DNA from: Microthyrium microscopicum
Lineage: Eukaryota
Length of the DNA stretch: 64,000 nucleotides
Reading direction: 5' to 3'
Assembly: GCA_010405405.1 (NCBI GenBank)
Contig: MU004231.1
Coordinates: forward strand, 3,956,884 to 4,020,883
Part shown: in pieces, positions 24,166-35,041 of the stretch
Layout: each line of letters begins with the position of its first letter
Position numbering within the stretch: position 1 is the first letter of the stretch
Translations under genes and position numbers: made by a program
Notes under the pieces: generated by a model
Told to the model about the DNA's origin: nothing
What the model saw: only the letters and a program-made list of their open reading frames with translations
Databases searched by the model: none

Positions 24166-24654
24166 TTAGTTAGGCAGAGTTCCGCATCGCCACGAGCTGA
24201 TAGTATCATCCCAGCCTCGAGGCCGAAGATCTCGTAAGTCATCATTATCATTAACTGTGACCGTCCCGAGTAAAACGCTGCAGCCGTAATCCCTAGAAAA
24301 GAGTAAGTTTGGACTTGCGCTGAGACATGATTATGAAAACAGGTTGACAGCATACCTGTACAGTTGGCAAGACCAAGTTTCAGTCGCTTCTACTGAACTG
24401 GTCACATCGTTCCAGCCGGGCGGAACCCAATCTACAGATTGTTATCCTCTAGAAGTCTATTATTCTACGTGTAAAGTTGGTGAACACCTACTACAAACCC
24501 CTGGGGCGAAGGGGAACCATTGGCAATTCTTGAGTCCAGGATCTCTGCATAATCGGAAATACTTGGGACCCGGCTCTTGTTGGCCTTCGATTCCGATCAT
24601 TTAAAGTGCAAAGACGACGATTATGGGAAGCTGGAGCATGAATTTCAATGCCAT
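24166..24654 (-). pseudogene. Beta/gamma-crystallin-like small secreted Cys-rich protein, copy 1 (premature TAA at codon 18)
   Basis: Exons 24654-24492, 24431-24356 and 24292-24166 give MALKFMLQLPIIVVFAL*MIGIEGQQEPGPKYFRLCRDPGLKNCQWFPFAPGVCNWVPPGWNDVTSSVEATETWSCQLYRDYGCSVLLGTVTVNDNDDLRDLRPRGWDDTISSWRCGTLPN. Confidence 0.8.
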
Positions 24655-25385
24655 GTTTTTGGGCTTGATTGTGAGAAGTATGGAAAGGTGGAAGGATGGA
24701 AGGATGGGATATTGAATGAGTTGCTAAGTTTGTAGAGTGAGAGAAGATGACTTAAGCAAACGGGCCCTTTTATAGTTCTGTAGGATTGAACTCTGCCTAT
24801 ATGAGGCTATATCTAAGCTTTAAGTTTCTTTGTGAATTCCTCATATTCAATAGATTGGTATAACAATACGGCATACTCTGTACCTTAATCGTTACCTAGA
24901 CACTGGTTCAGTACGATCAATTAGAACCTTTCACAGCCATTACTCATGGGGAACTTTTGTGCCGCTTATGAGTCTTAGTATATATCGTTATATGCGCTGA
25001 CCAAAATGTTAAACAGCACACTACTATTCTTGGTCAACACACACTCCCCTTTCCGATCAATTTGATGAGTAACTAAGGTAATTCGTAGCAGGACCTAAGT
25101 TAACCTCGGAATCAACGCTCGGTCAGTGCTTCGATTGATCAAGGCCTATAGGCTGGCAACAGATCCGAAGATACAGGTAGATACAATACATTCATTCTCT
25201 CACAGCTATACTATCACCTCGTCTCCTCTGCACGAAAAGCTGTATCAAAGAGGACCTAAGTTTAGTGACACAGCAGTACATGGTCTCGACATAGTTCTTC
25301 CGGAGTCTATCATAATGTTTCGTGTAGCAGTATGGGTGGCCCAAACCAGCATCACTTAGTCCCGAGGATACCTCCAGGACATCGT

Positions 25386-25843
25386 TTAGTGTTCTTCATA
25401 TATAAAGTCGCACATAATGGAGCTGATGACATCGTTCCAGCCAAGACCAGCGATGTCGCTTATTGGCTCAGTGAAGGAACCTAATGGTGTTCGACAACTG
25501 TAATCCCTAGACTCCACATTAGCTTTCCACCAACACTTTTGGATCGCGCAACATACTTATACACCTCGCACACAGCACCCGATTCAATTACGATTGAGCT
25601 AATCGCATCGTTCAGTTCATCTGGCACATCAACTACAGGGTGTTACCGACTCAAGTAAATGTGATTTGATTGCGTTAATTGGCACTTACAACAATCATCT
25701 GAAGCTATGTTCCATTCTTCACAGTTTTGAAAGCCGGCATCTATGCAACACTTGATTCTTGGCCCCAATTGAGCATCGATATTAATGATTGAAATGGCAA
25801 CTACGAGGAACATGACCATGGAGGAGCAAAATTTGGAAGGCAT
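25386..25843 (-). CDS. Beta/gamma-crystallin-like small secreted Cys-rich protein, copy 2 (116 aa)
   Basis: Exons 25843-25690, 25632-25557 and 25506-25386 give MPSKFCSSMVMFLVVAISIINIDAQLGPRIKCCIDAGFQNCEEWNIASDDCFDVPDELNDAISSIVIESGAVCEVYKDYSCRTPLGSFTEPISDIAGLGWNDVISSIMCDFIYEEH; both introns are GT-AG. Confidence 0.87.
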
Positions 25844-26777
25844 GTTCAACGTCAGGAAAGTGTTTTGTGCTCAGGTTCCAGTTGGGATTTCCCTTCAAAG
25901 TTATATCTTGTCAGCTGCTACTGTTTTGTTTCTAGGTCTAACATGCTGGATTGTTTGTGTGACGGACTAACACAATATGATATGTTTAAATTCGGTCATG
26001 TCTAAGCCGCTGGATCTGTAGCCTCTGGAAACCCTGTGATACAACTTTCAACATGTCAGTGGCCCTTGTAATTACAATGACCAGGTGACGCAAGAGAAAA
26101 GCCCAATAGCCTGTTACTTTGCGCTTCTTGGTCGTAGACTTGTAAGCTTCTTTTGTCTCAAAATCACCAATAACAACCTGGTTTCTAGCCTAACTAAGCA
26201 TCTGAGTATCCAAGTATCTGCTTGATAAAGCTCCGACGAGGGCTTTCTACAATTATGAGCACTTGAGCAGTCTTTCATTCTCCTCATGTAAGTACCTAGC
26301 TCTACTTTGCAGGTTATACCTGTCGCACAAAGTGCTGGCAACTAATTTGATACTACTCTGTAACTGTCACACGTTCCCACATAGTACCAACGAAATTAGA
26401 GAAGTATTTTGTCTAACCTTGACCTACGATAGTTATTGAAAATGTAACTTCGATAATAGTTCCGTAATTTCAACCCTCCGAACCGCTCACTGGCAGTGGG
26501 AACAGAAACATGTTGTGTACGGAGAGCCTGAGTTATGGTGAGTAGTCCAACAACTCATCAAACAGAATTTGGGACTAGAGGAGATTTTCAATTCTCTCAC
26601 AGCTATAGATTCAACTTAATTCTCTTCCCAGGCTACAGAATCAAGATAGAAGTTGCAGTGACCCAGAAAGTTATGAATTTGAACTTGATTCTCGGCAGAT
26701 TTCACTGTAGTCTACTAGAAATCAAAGGTCTCAGTGAGTAATAACAGGTTTTCACTAGAAGGTAGCGCATGCGTCTA

Positions 26778-27243
26778 TCAATTTCGCGCTTGAGGAAGAT
26801 CTTTGCAGCCAAATGAGCTGATTGAATCATTCTCATCAGTGCCAGTGAGGTCTGCTACTTCTCCCACAGCCCAGCCAAAGGATCCCTGACATTCAAAATC
26901 CCTTAATAGCAGAATTTAGCAATACGAATGTACCCTATAATAATGTGTCTGGAACCTACTTGAACTTTTCACAAGCGACACCTGGCTCTACTTCGAATGA
27001 GCTGATCACGTCGTTCCATCCCTCTGGCACATCAACTGAAGAGGTCAATTAGTCAACGTTCTTCTCTGGTTAAATTCATGAAGGCTTACCGCAAGTATCT
27101 AGAGGTATGGTCCATAGCATACAATTTTTAAAGTCGACGTCTTTGCAAATATCCAAGTGTGGCCCAACTGCAAGATCTTGACCTTTGCTAACCATCACCA
27201 AGATGGCAAGTACGGCGATCGTAGAGAATATTTTGGAAGACAT
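26778..27243 (-). CDS. Beta/gamma-crystallin-like small secreted Cys-rich protein, copy 3 (117 aa)
   Basis: Exons 27243-27090, 27035-26960 and 26901-26778 give MSSKIFSTIAVLAILVMVSKGQDLAVGPHLDICKDVDFKNCMLWTIPLDTCVDVPEGWNDVISSFEVEPGVACEKFKDFECQGSFGWAVGEVADLTGTDENDSISSFGCKDLPQARN. A TATA-like CTATAAA lies about 100 bp upstream. Confidence 0.87.
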
Positions 27244-28287
27244 GCCGATTGTTGTTGTGCAGAAAGAGGGTTCGATAGATAAATTATGGGAGTAATTCAC
27301 TCCGAACGCAACAGCGATAGCGCGAGTTTGCTCTTCCATTTATAGTTCCCTTTCTCCAACTGCTGCCGTTAACTTCCTCCGAAATTCATCTTCGAACGCT
27401 TTGTGTGACAGTATTTCCCAGCATGGGTTTTGTGCCACTCCTCACTCGTGGACTACTACTTTTTGGAAACCTACAGACAGTGATAGAGTACATCCATGAT
27501 CAATCTAATGCTTCTTGTTATCATAACCTTGCAACCCAGGCGGAAATTGATGAAGTCTTAAACCTTATGGTCTCGCTAAGGCTGATAGGTAAGCTATTTT
27601 TGTGTTTGGATCATTAGTAACGAATCATGCATCGTTGAGCAATGTTATACATGCGTTCTAGCTTGTACCATTCATACTAGGCACCTAAGTAGCGTAGCTC
27701 AAGAACAGCGCATCTCGCAACTTACGATCGGGTCCATGAATGGGCAGTCTGATTGAAGTTTGGTAGCGTATCAAAAGGTGGGATAGATAACAGTACAATA
27801 TTGATAGGAAGCAAGTAGCAGAACTGGAATCACAAATCGCTAGTATTGCTCAACGAAATGCTCCAATATTTTCCAAACCATGATCTCGTTCTTAGAACTC
27901 TAACTGGACTAGTTTACGAAGGAATCCCGATCTTTACGAAGGCGCAGTAAACATCAGCGATCGACTTAAGCTTACTTAAAATATAGGGCTTGTAATAGGT
28001 CGAGTGGATATGCCTTCCCGCGGCATACCGATTCATCTCTCTCATCAAATCATTTTCTCTTGCACCTAGATAACCTCTAAGTACCTAGCTCATAAGACAT
28101 CCCGATTGCTTTCTACAATCACAGGTTTCACAACTGCTAACAACTAAGCTCGAGAGTCACAGAGTGTTAGTTACGAATTACGAATTTTTACGACTCCCAC
28201 AAGTAGGGCCATCGACGACATCATAGCTCTTGACCAACGGTCCAACAAGCTCTGTTCTACTCAACTATCAGCATCTACCACTAGCCT

Positions 28288-28788
28288 ATGGCAACCAAAA
28301 TGGCCGCCGTCGACACTCGCTCTCGTCCCATTTACCACGCCAACTGTCATTGCGGTTCGGTACAGATTACTGCCAAGATTCTATCTTTGGCAGAGTATCC
28401 TGTGTGCGACTGCAATTGTTCCATTTGCACCAAAAATGGCTATCTGCTGGTGTATCCCAAGCGGGAAGATTTCAAGATCACCGCTGGCGCCGAATCACTG
28501 AGTCAGTACCTTTTTGGGCTGAAGAACAAGCCGCATAACTTTTGCAAGCTATGTGGCACAAGCATGTTTATTGATTTCAGCCAAAGTGACGTGGAAAGCC
28601 AACGGGAGCATATCGCACTAAACGTAGGTCAAGGCTACACACGAGATTGATGTAAGCTGACGAAGGTTTAGGCCAGGACTATTGTTGATATTGAAGAAAT
28701 TATGGACACATTGAAGAGGAACAAGTTTGACGGAAAGCGAGAGCTGGGGCCGGTGTATGAAGCTCCAACGCCGGCTAAGGGTACATGA
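28288..28788 (+). CDS. GFA/CENP-V (Mss4-like) Zn-binding protein, 150 aa
   Basis: CHCG, CDCNCSICTKNGYL and HNFCKLCGTS motifs; intron 28624-28671. Confidence 0.9.
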
Positions 28789-29202
28789 GCACACAATGTA
28801 GGGTAAACTTTCTCCTAACATCAATAAAACCTGTCTGTCAGGTGTTTATATCAGGACATCAGATCATAGCTCCTGGGTGCGGATGTAGTCGAAAAGGAGA
28901 GTAGCGACTGAGCTCGCGACAGGCTCACAAAACAACTCGCTCCCTCCCTTCAACAGCAATGTTCACCAGCTGCGACGCCTTGCTACTAACTTATTCATTA
29001 CAAAGTACTTTCCTCCTAAATCGGCAGCCGTCCATTCTGCATCTACCAGGATGAGAACTGAGGCATTCCTTCCCTATAAAACGGGAGAGGATATTCGTAG
29101 TTGATAGGAGCCCACCCGTGATTTGTCCATCATTAAGTTTAATTCGTGAATATTCTGCTTTTATTTGCTCTACTTAACTCTATGAGGGTGCCATAGTACC
29201 GA

Positions 29203-30004
29203 TTAGGCACTACCAGTCATTATCTGGGTCAAATAGTCTATCGCTTTTTGGGCATCGCCATTTCCAGTGTAAGCAAAATGCCCACCTGTGAGTTGAAGTT
29301 CTCCGTGACAAACGCCATCATCCTAGCCAAGGTTAGTAGGAAGACGTTAAGCAGTATTAGAAATTACCTCAAGGCAATAGGTGCGAAATTTGTCTTTTGG
29401 CCAGCCAGTGATGGTCGCAGACGACTGTTGGTTTTTTGTATCGCCAAAGAGTACACCTCCAACGATGGACGATTTAACATCAGCTGGGAGCGCTGGAATA
29501 ACATTATGCATAAGAGCAGCTCCTTGGCTATCGCGTTATATTAGTATAACTTCACGGTTCACCAAATTTCGCGACTACACACCTGTATCCCATAAACGTG
29601 AGCTTTGCCTTGGGGCACTTGGTATGTACGTCGGTGAAAGTCTTTACACCGGCCTCAATACAAGTATCACAGCTACCCTTCTCCTTGAAGTTATCACCGA
29701 TCGCGGCAGGATAGCCTGGTGCGTTGATGCCCTGGCAGTCGAATTTATCGGCCAGCTTAGTTTTGAGGGCACTGCATAGCATGGGGCCGACTGTAATCCC
29801 CTAGTCACAGCTGATTAGTTTAAAAGAACATTAAAAGCGATACAAAATACTCACGACATTGCCGGGCTCCATTGATCCTCTTGCAACGACAAGGACCGCA
29901 TCAGGACATTTCTCACCAAGGCTGTAAGACGTGGGGCCGCGACTACTGCTTTGGGGAAGCGCGGCGGCCATGCCAGCGAGAGTGATGACACCTGTGATCT
30001 TCAT
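29203..30004 (-). CDS. Cutinase (CE5), secreted
   Basis: Signal peptide, ARGSMEPGNVG, GYS|QGA nucleophile elbow split by an intron, VLFGD, CLEDDGVC and GHFAY (Ser-Asp-His triad). Introns at 29801-29854, 29528-29582 and 29323-29367. Confidence 0.93.
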
Positions 30005-30732
30005 AGTGTTGGATTTTAAACGAGTGACTGTGGGATAGAATATCTAGGCACCAGAGAACAACGCAGCGGGACGGGGTTATAATTACTGTTGGCCAAGAAT
30101 CTTTAAATATAGCGGCCGCGATCGCGATATTACTCAATTCTAGAAGCTCTAACGGAACTAGCCATAAGGACCAAGGGGTGCATTGATACACACCACTCAT
30201 TGGATACGGGACAGACCGCGCTCACCGAATAGAATATGATCGGTAGATCACTTAATCAGACAGGGAGTCAAAACACATTTCTTATGATCCAGATCTGGAC
30301 GCATTTGCGCATTTATGGAGATGGCCAGTGCCTTTAAAGAAGTTAACAGGGAGTTTCTCATGGCCTTAGCTCGATATGAATGATCTATACGGCTATATCG
30401 TTTAAATGAATATTCTTGGGACTGCTGGTTGGAACGGGACTTCAAAACGCCGACCATAGTGAGCCCTCTACAGCCTTGTTGTGCACGACGAGAATAACAT
30501 TTCTAGGCAAGCATCGCTATGATTAAAGCGAGATAATGATTGTGATGTATTGCTAAAGGAATCAATCCCCTCTGAGATAGGCATTTCATACATTGTTTTT
30601 ATCATTTGCCAAATATCTTCCACCGGTCAAAGACACAGATCCAGAGCATAACAGCCTTGGAGGTCATAAAAGTCATAAAACGACACTAAAGAAGTCAATT
30701 TTCCATACCAAAGCCGACATACAAACACATTT

Positions 30733-33700
30733 CTAGTTCGAGTCATTCTCCTTCACCTGATCTTTTTCTCCTGCAGAATTCGGATCACTGCGAAAACATT
30801 AGCACACATCAGACTATCATTGGGATCAAGACTTACTCAACAGTCAACTTCTTCCAATCTGCCCAAGTGTATTTGGACATTGTCGTTTCATCATCTCTCA
30901 CGTTGCCTTCTTCAGGAGTACCACTTCGTAGAGTGCTTAGATGGCGATCGAATTTGCTGGCTACTGTAATGACATGCTTGAGATGCTCATAGGACATGTC
31001 TTTACCTTGGAATTGTGCCAATTGGCGAGCTGTTGTGATAGCATTACGGATTTGGCGACCATTCATCTCATGATCGGCCAAAATGCTGATATAGCCCTCG
31101 ACATCGTAGTAATCGATGTTGCTTTCTCCCAGGCCCTTGAGGCGATTGAAGAAGTTGGCCCAGATTTGGCTACGCTGAGGCCGGTTAAGTGGCTCGTAGT
31201 GAAGTGCCAATTGGATACGTGACTTGAAGGCTTCGTCAAAGGTACCGACGCGATTAGACGTCAAGAGAAGGATGCCGTCGTAGTATTCAAGGACACGCAG
31301 AAAGACAGAAACGAGTGCATTTCGTTGCAAGTCGTTCAGTGTTCGTTGCTCGAGGAACACATCAGCTTCGTCGAGGAGCACAACGGCTCCCCAGATCCGG
31401 CCAAGGTAGAGGACACTCTCCAAGTATTTCTCCACTTCTTGGGCCTGCGTGCCAATATCACCACAGGTTACACGGAAGAGAGGCTTTTCAGCCAATTCAG
31501 CGACAGACTCAGCCGTGAAAGTCTTACCTGTTCCGGGACCACCATGAAGGAGCATGACCAAGCCATTACCTTTGTTGGAAATGAGATCAGTGCTCTTCTC
31601 AGCAGCAATCTGGTTGGTGACCAACGCCTGGACGAGATCTTTGGTTCCAGCTTCGACAACGAGATGTTCAAAGGCAAGCTTGTTCCAAACAACCTCACAG
31701 ATGCGATCAACCTCCATATCAACCCACTTCTTGCGTCGCAGATTGTATCCAACGATGCTAGTGGGCATCAGATAGCATTTAGGCGCGTCTGGTGCTTCGT
31801 CCATCTTCATGATCTTTTCCGGAATGTAGGCACGCTCGACCACACGTTTCGCAATAGCCGAGTCTGGATGGAGCTGGCGATAAGTGGCATAGTCAATCAT
31901 GTATCGTTCACCAGTACCCAATGCAGCCTCCTCGCCTTCCTCCTGGTAGGAAACTAGCTTCTTGACACGGCAGCTCCAGAAGGTCTTGCCACGCTTTTCT
32001 AGCTTCTTGCGGATAGATTCGTCTGCAAAGCGGAGAGGGAAGGCGTTTAGTTCGGTGATCTTGACCTCTTCATCGCCCTTCTCGACGCGCAGTTCAAAGT
32101 CAACAAATGTTGTAGCTTTGAAGAAGTCGCCATCAAAGCCATAGCCCCAAGCAGTGACGAACCACATATGCAGTGGCGCTTTGCTGCCTTCACCGTCATT
32201 GTTCTTGAAGCTGTCCCATTTTTCTTTGACGGCGCTCACGCTCTTAGTTCGTGTCCAGCTGGTTGATAGGAAAGCTTGGTAGGCACCGCTTTCTTTGCGG
32301 ACGACGACATCACTAGGTCGAACGAGGTATTGCATGACGTCCTTTGTGACCATGCCGGACTGGAAGAGCGCATCAGCCTTTTCATACTCGGCAAGGTAAT
32401 TCTCTTCGATCCAACCAGTGAGCAGGGTCATGAGCTCTTGATGTCTCGGCTCCAAATCATCAAAAGCATTGGGCTTGCGATACCTATACCAGAAGAGGTA
32501 AGGAGCTTTGATCGGATTCATTAGATTGTTCATCTCGGGAAAGTCATCCCGGAAGTTTTCCTGGAGGTCAGAGAACTCTTCTGCTGCATCGATCATTTCG
32601 TCGGTTTCGAGCCTGATAGTTTCATACTCGGGTTTGGGCTCCGGAAGAGCAGCGCCCTGTCGTTCGGCCTTTTTGTTGTCCTCGTCAAGCGGATCCTTGG
32701 AATAATCACGCTCAATGTAAAAGACAATGTCTTTGTGGTTCTGTAGATACCGATCTTGGGAAGTGATGGGCAACTGGCCTTTGAGTCTGAACTCATCATC
32801 TCCACGAAGCTCCCAAGTCGGCGGCTCAAGATATGTCATAGAGTCACCCTCAATCCTATGAAACACCTGAAACCTCGGTGGCTTCTTTGTAATGCCATGT
32901 GTATCCTTGAGGTCATCATTCTCTTCTTCTAGCTTACGGATCCTCTCCATAAGCCGATCAACTTTGGCTTCGTCCACTGGCTTCTTGCTACCAGTCTTGA
33001 TCTGATTCGTGTCAGGAATGCCCAAGCATACATTTTCTACAGAGCGTATTGGCATGGATACTAGTAGCAAACGCTTCAAGGCATCCAGTACAGAAATGCT
33101 CCAGCTTGGAAATAACTTACTGGTGCACCCAGCGCTCCAAATTGCTGTGGAGGAGGTGGGGGTGGCATTGCCTGGGGATAGCCACCACCCATTGGCATAG
33201 GCGGAGGCGGTCCTCTATAAGGAGGATTATTCATACCCGGTGGTGGTGGTGGTGGAGGCCCACCCATATTCGGTCCTGGAGGCGGAGCGTAGTTAGGATG
33301 GCCTAACATATATAAGTAAAAGGTCTAGCAAGAAGACAAGAGTCTACTCGGAGGTTCATCAGATGCATACCATATGCTTGTCGAGCCTGCAATAAGCGTT
33401 TCTTATTCTGCTGTTCCAAGAGCATGAGCTGCATATGGTGGTCCTGAAGAGCATTGCTCTGTGGGCTTCCATCTGGACCCAAAGGAGCATTACCTGGAGG
33501 AGGTGGGCCGCCATGATAAGGCGGTACACCTGGAGGGGGCCCACCGTATGGGTTCCCCATCATTTTCTTGCCCTTCTTCTGCGGTGGCATTCCTGGCGGC
33601 ATATTGCCTGGCGGTGGTGTGTTCTTGTTGTCATCCGCAGCAGGATCGCGGAGTGCCATGAGCTTCTCTTTCTCAAAGTTGCTGGCTGCTGTAGTGTCCC

Positions 33701-34230
33701 GGGAGATGGTGATGTTCTTGAGCAAGTCTTCCGCTTTGTTGTCGACTTTCTCAGCCGGGGGTGGTGGTGGACCGCCCATCATCATGTTCATAGGGGGTGG
33801 TGGACCACCTTGAAATGGTGGAGGAGGGGGGTGCATGATGGCTGAAAGTTGTTAGTTTATATCATCAGAAGAGGCATTTGGAAAAGAAAGGTCTATGAGA
33901 AGAGCGTGACATACGCATTCCTGCTGGTGGAGGTGGTGGTCTACCAATGTGTTAGTATCAGAGTACTTGAGGCTGTAAGTTTACAAGGTGCTTCGATTGA
34001 TAGTATGATTTACTGTTATACAACGGCAAGTCATAAAATCAATGAATACATGTTTCAATACATATTGTTAAAGTGTCTTCTTACGGAATAAATCCTCGAT
34101 CTCTGGACCGTCGACGCTGATTCCGATATCCAGCGTCAGAGTCGGAACCCGAATCAGTCCCATAAGTAGGCCGAGAGCGATATCTTCGAGGCCGGGGCGA
34201 AGGTGAGCGGGTGCTAGACCTAGAATCCAT
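30733..34230 (-). CDS. Fungal AAA+ ATPase with a long Pro/Gly/Met-rich N-terminus; multi-exon
   Basis: Main exon 30836-~33000 has Walker A GGPGTGKT, Walker B LLDEAD and FDEAFKSRI. Upstream Pro-rich exons join in frame from ATG 34230 (MDSRSSTRSPSPRPRR). The last exon ends at 30733. The splice near 33000-33120 is uncertain. Confidence 0.85.
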
Positions 34231-35041
34231 CGTTGTCGAGTTATACAAAGTCAATAGCTGAGCCTAGTAGCAAACAACTGGAGGAGCAGTGTTTCGGTCC
34301 AAGAAGAAAGTAGCAGGATATGAAGAAGTATTGCTAGTCTGAAGAAAGACAAAACCACGCTTCTGAGATCTTACTTCCAAAACTCCAAGAAAGTCATCTT
34401 CTTTATCAATTATCAGACAGCTGAGCTCGAATGCTTACCCCGCTGTTTCCGGTGTATGTAAATGTCCCAATTGGGGCACGAAGGCTGTGTTGCCTTGCAG
34501 CTGCCTGCTCGTGCATCCTCACAACAATCAATTGTTATGCAGGCCAAGTATGACTGGACCACAGGACTATGTACCCAATGAGATCCCTATTGCTAGCGGG
34601 ATTTACTTTAGGCCGGACGTGGCAGACATTGGCATTCGAATGGGATATGGCATCTTGAAACAAGAAAGGCAAGGTAATTGGCGTGGCTCCCTACGTGCTT
34701 AAATGCGTATCAGGATAGCCTATCCGATAGGAGGTACTGAGACGATTTTAGAGATAAGGCTGTGAGATTTAGCTTGCCAGTATGAGGAGAAAAAGAATGA
34801 AAAGAAATAACGAGTGTATAATATGCTATATGACATATTTTCTAAAGCGCTCATACCAATTGTGCAAGAGGTTGTACCTGAAGATTTTCATTTCCCAACA
34901 GGCCCGAACAAACCGAACCATAACGCCATCACTGCAATCGTTCATTGTTATAGCGACAATGTCGCCCTGTTACACAACTATTGTACATCGCATCTGCCAA
35001 ATCTTGGTAGATTGGACATCAATTCGACAAGCTTGAATGAC

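Noticed and set aside
24159..24353. 64-aa ORF-track entry
   Set aside because: It is the wrong frame across intron 2 and exon 3 of crystallin-like copy 1.
27913..28195. Short TTTACGAAGG and TTACGAA repeats upstream of the GFA gene
   Set aside because: Too short and irregular to call an array or a binding site from sequence alone.
31325..31957. Long antisense ORFs (here and over PDI, AMID, HET and HsbA)
   Set aside because: They are shadow ORFs opposite well-supported genes.
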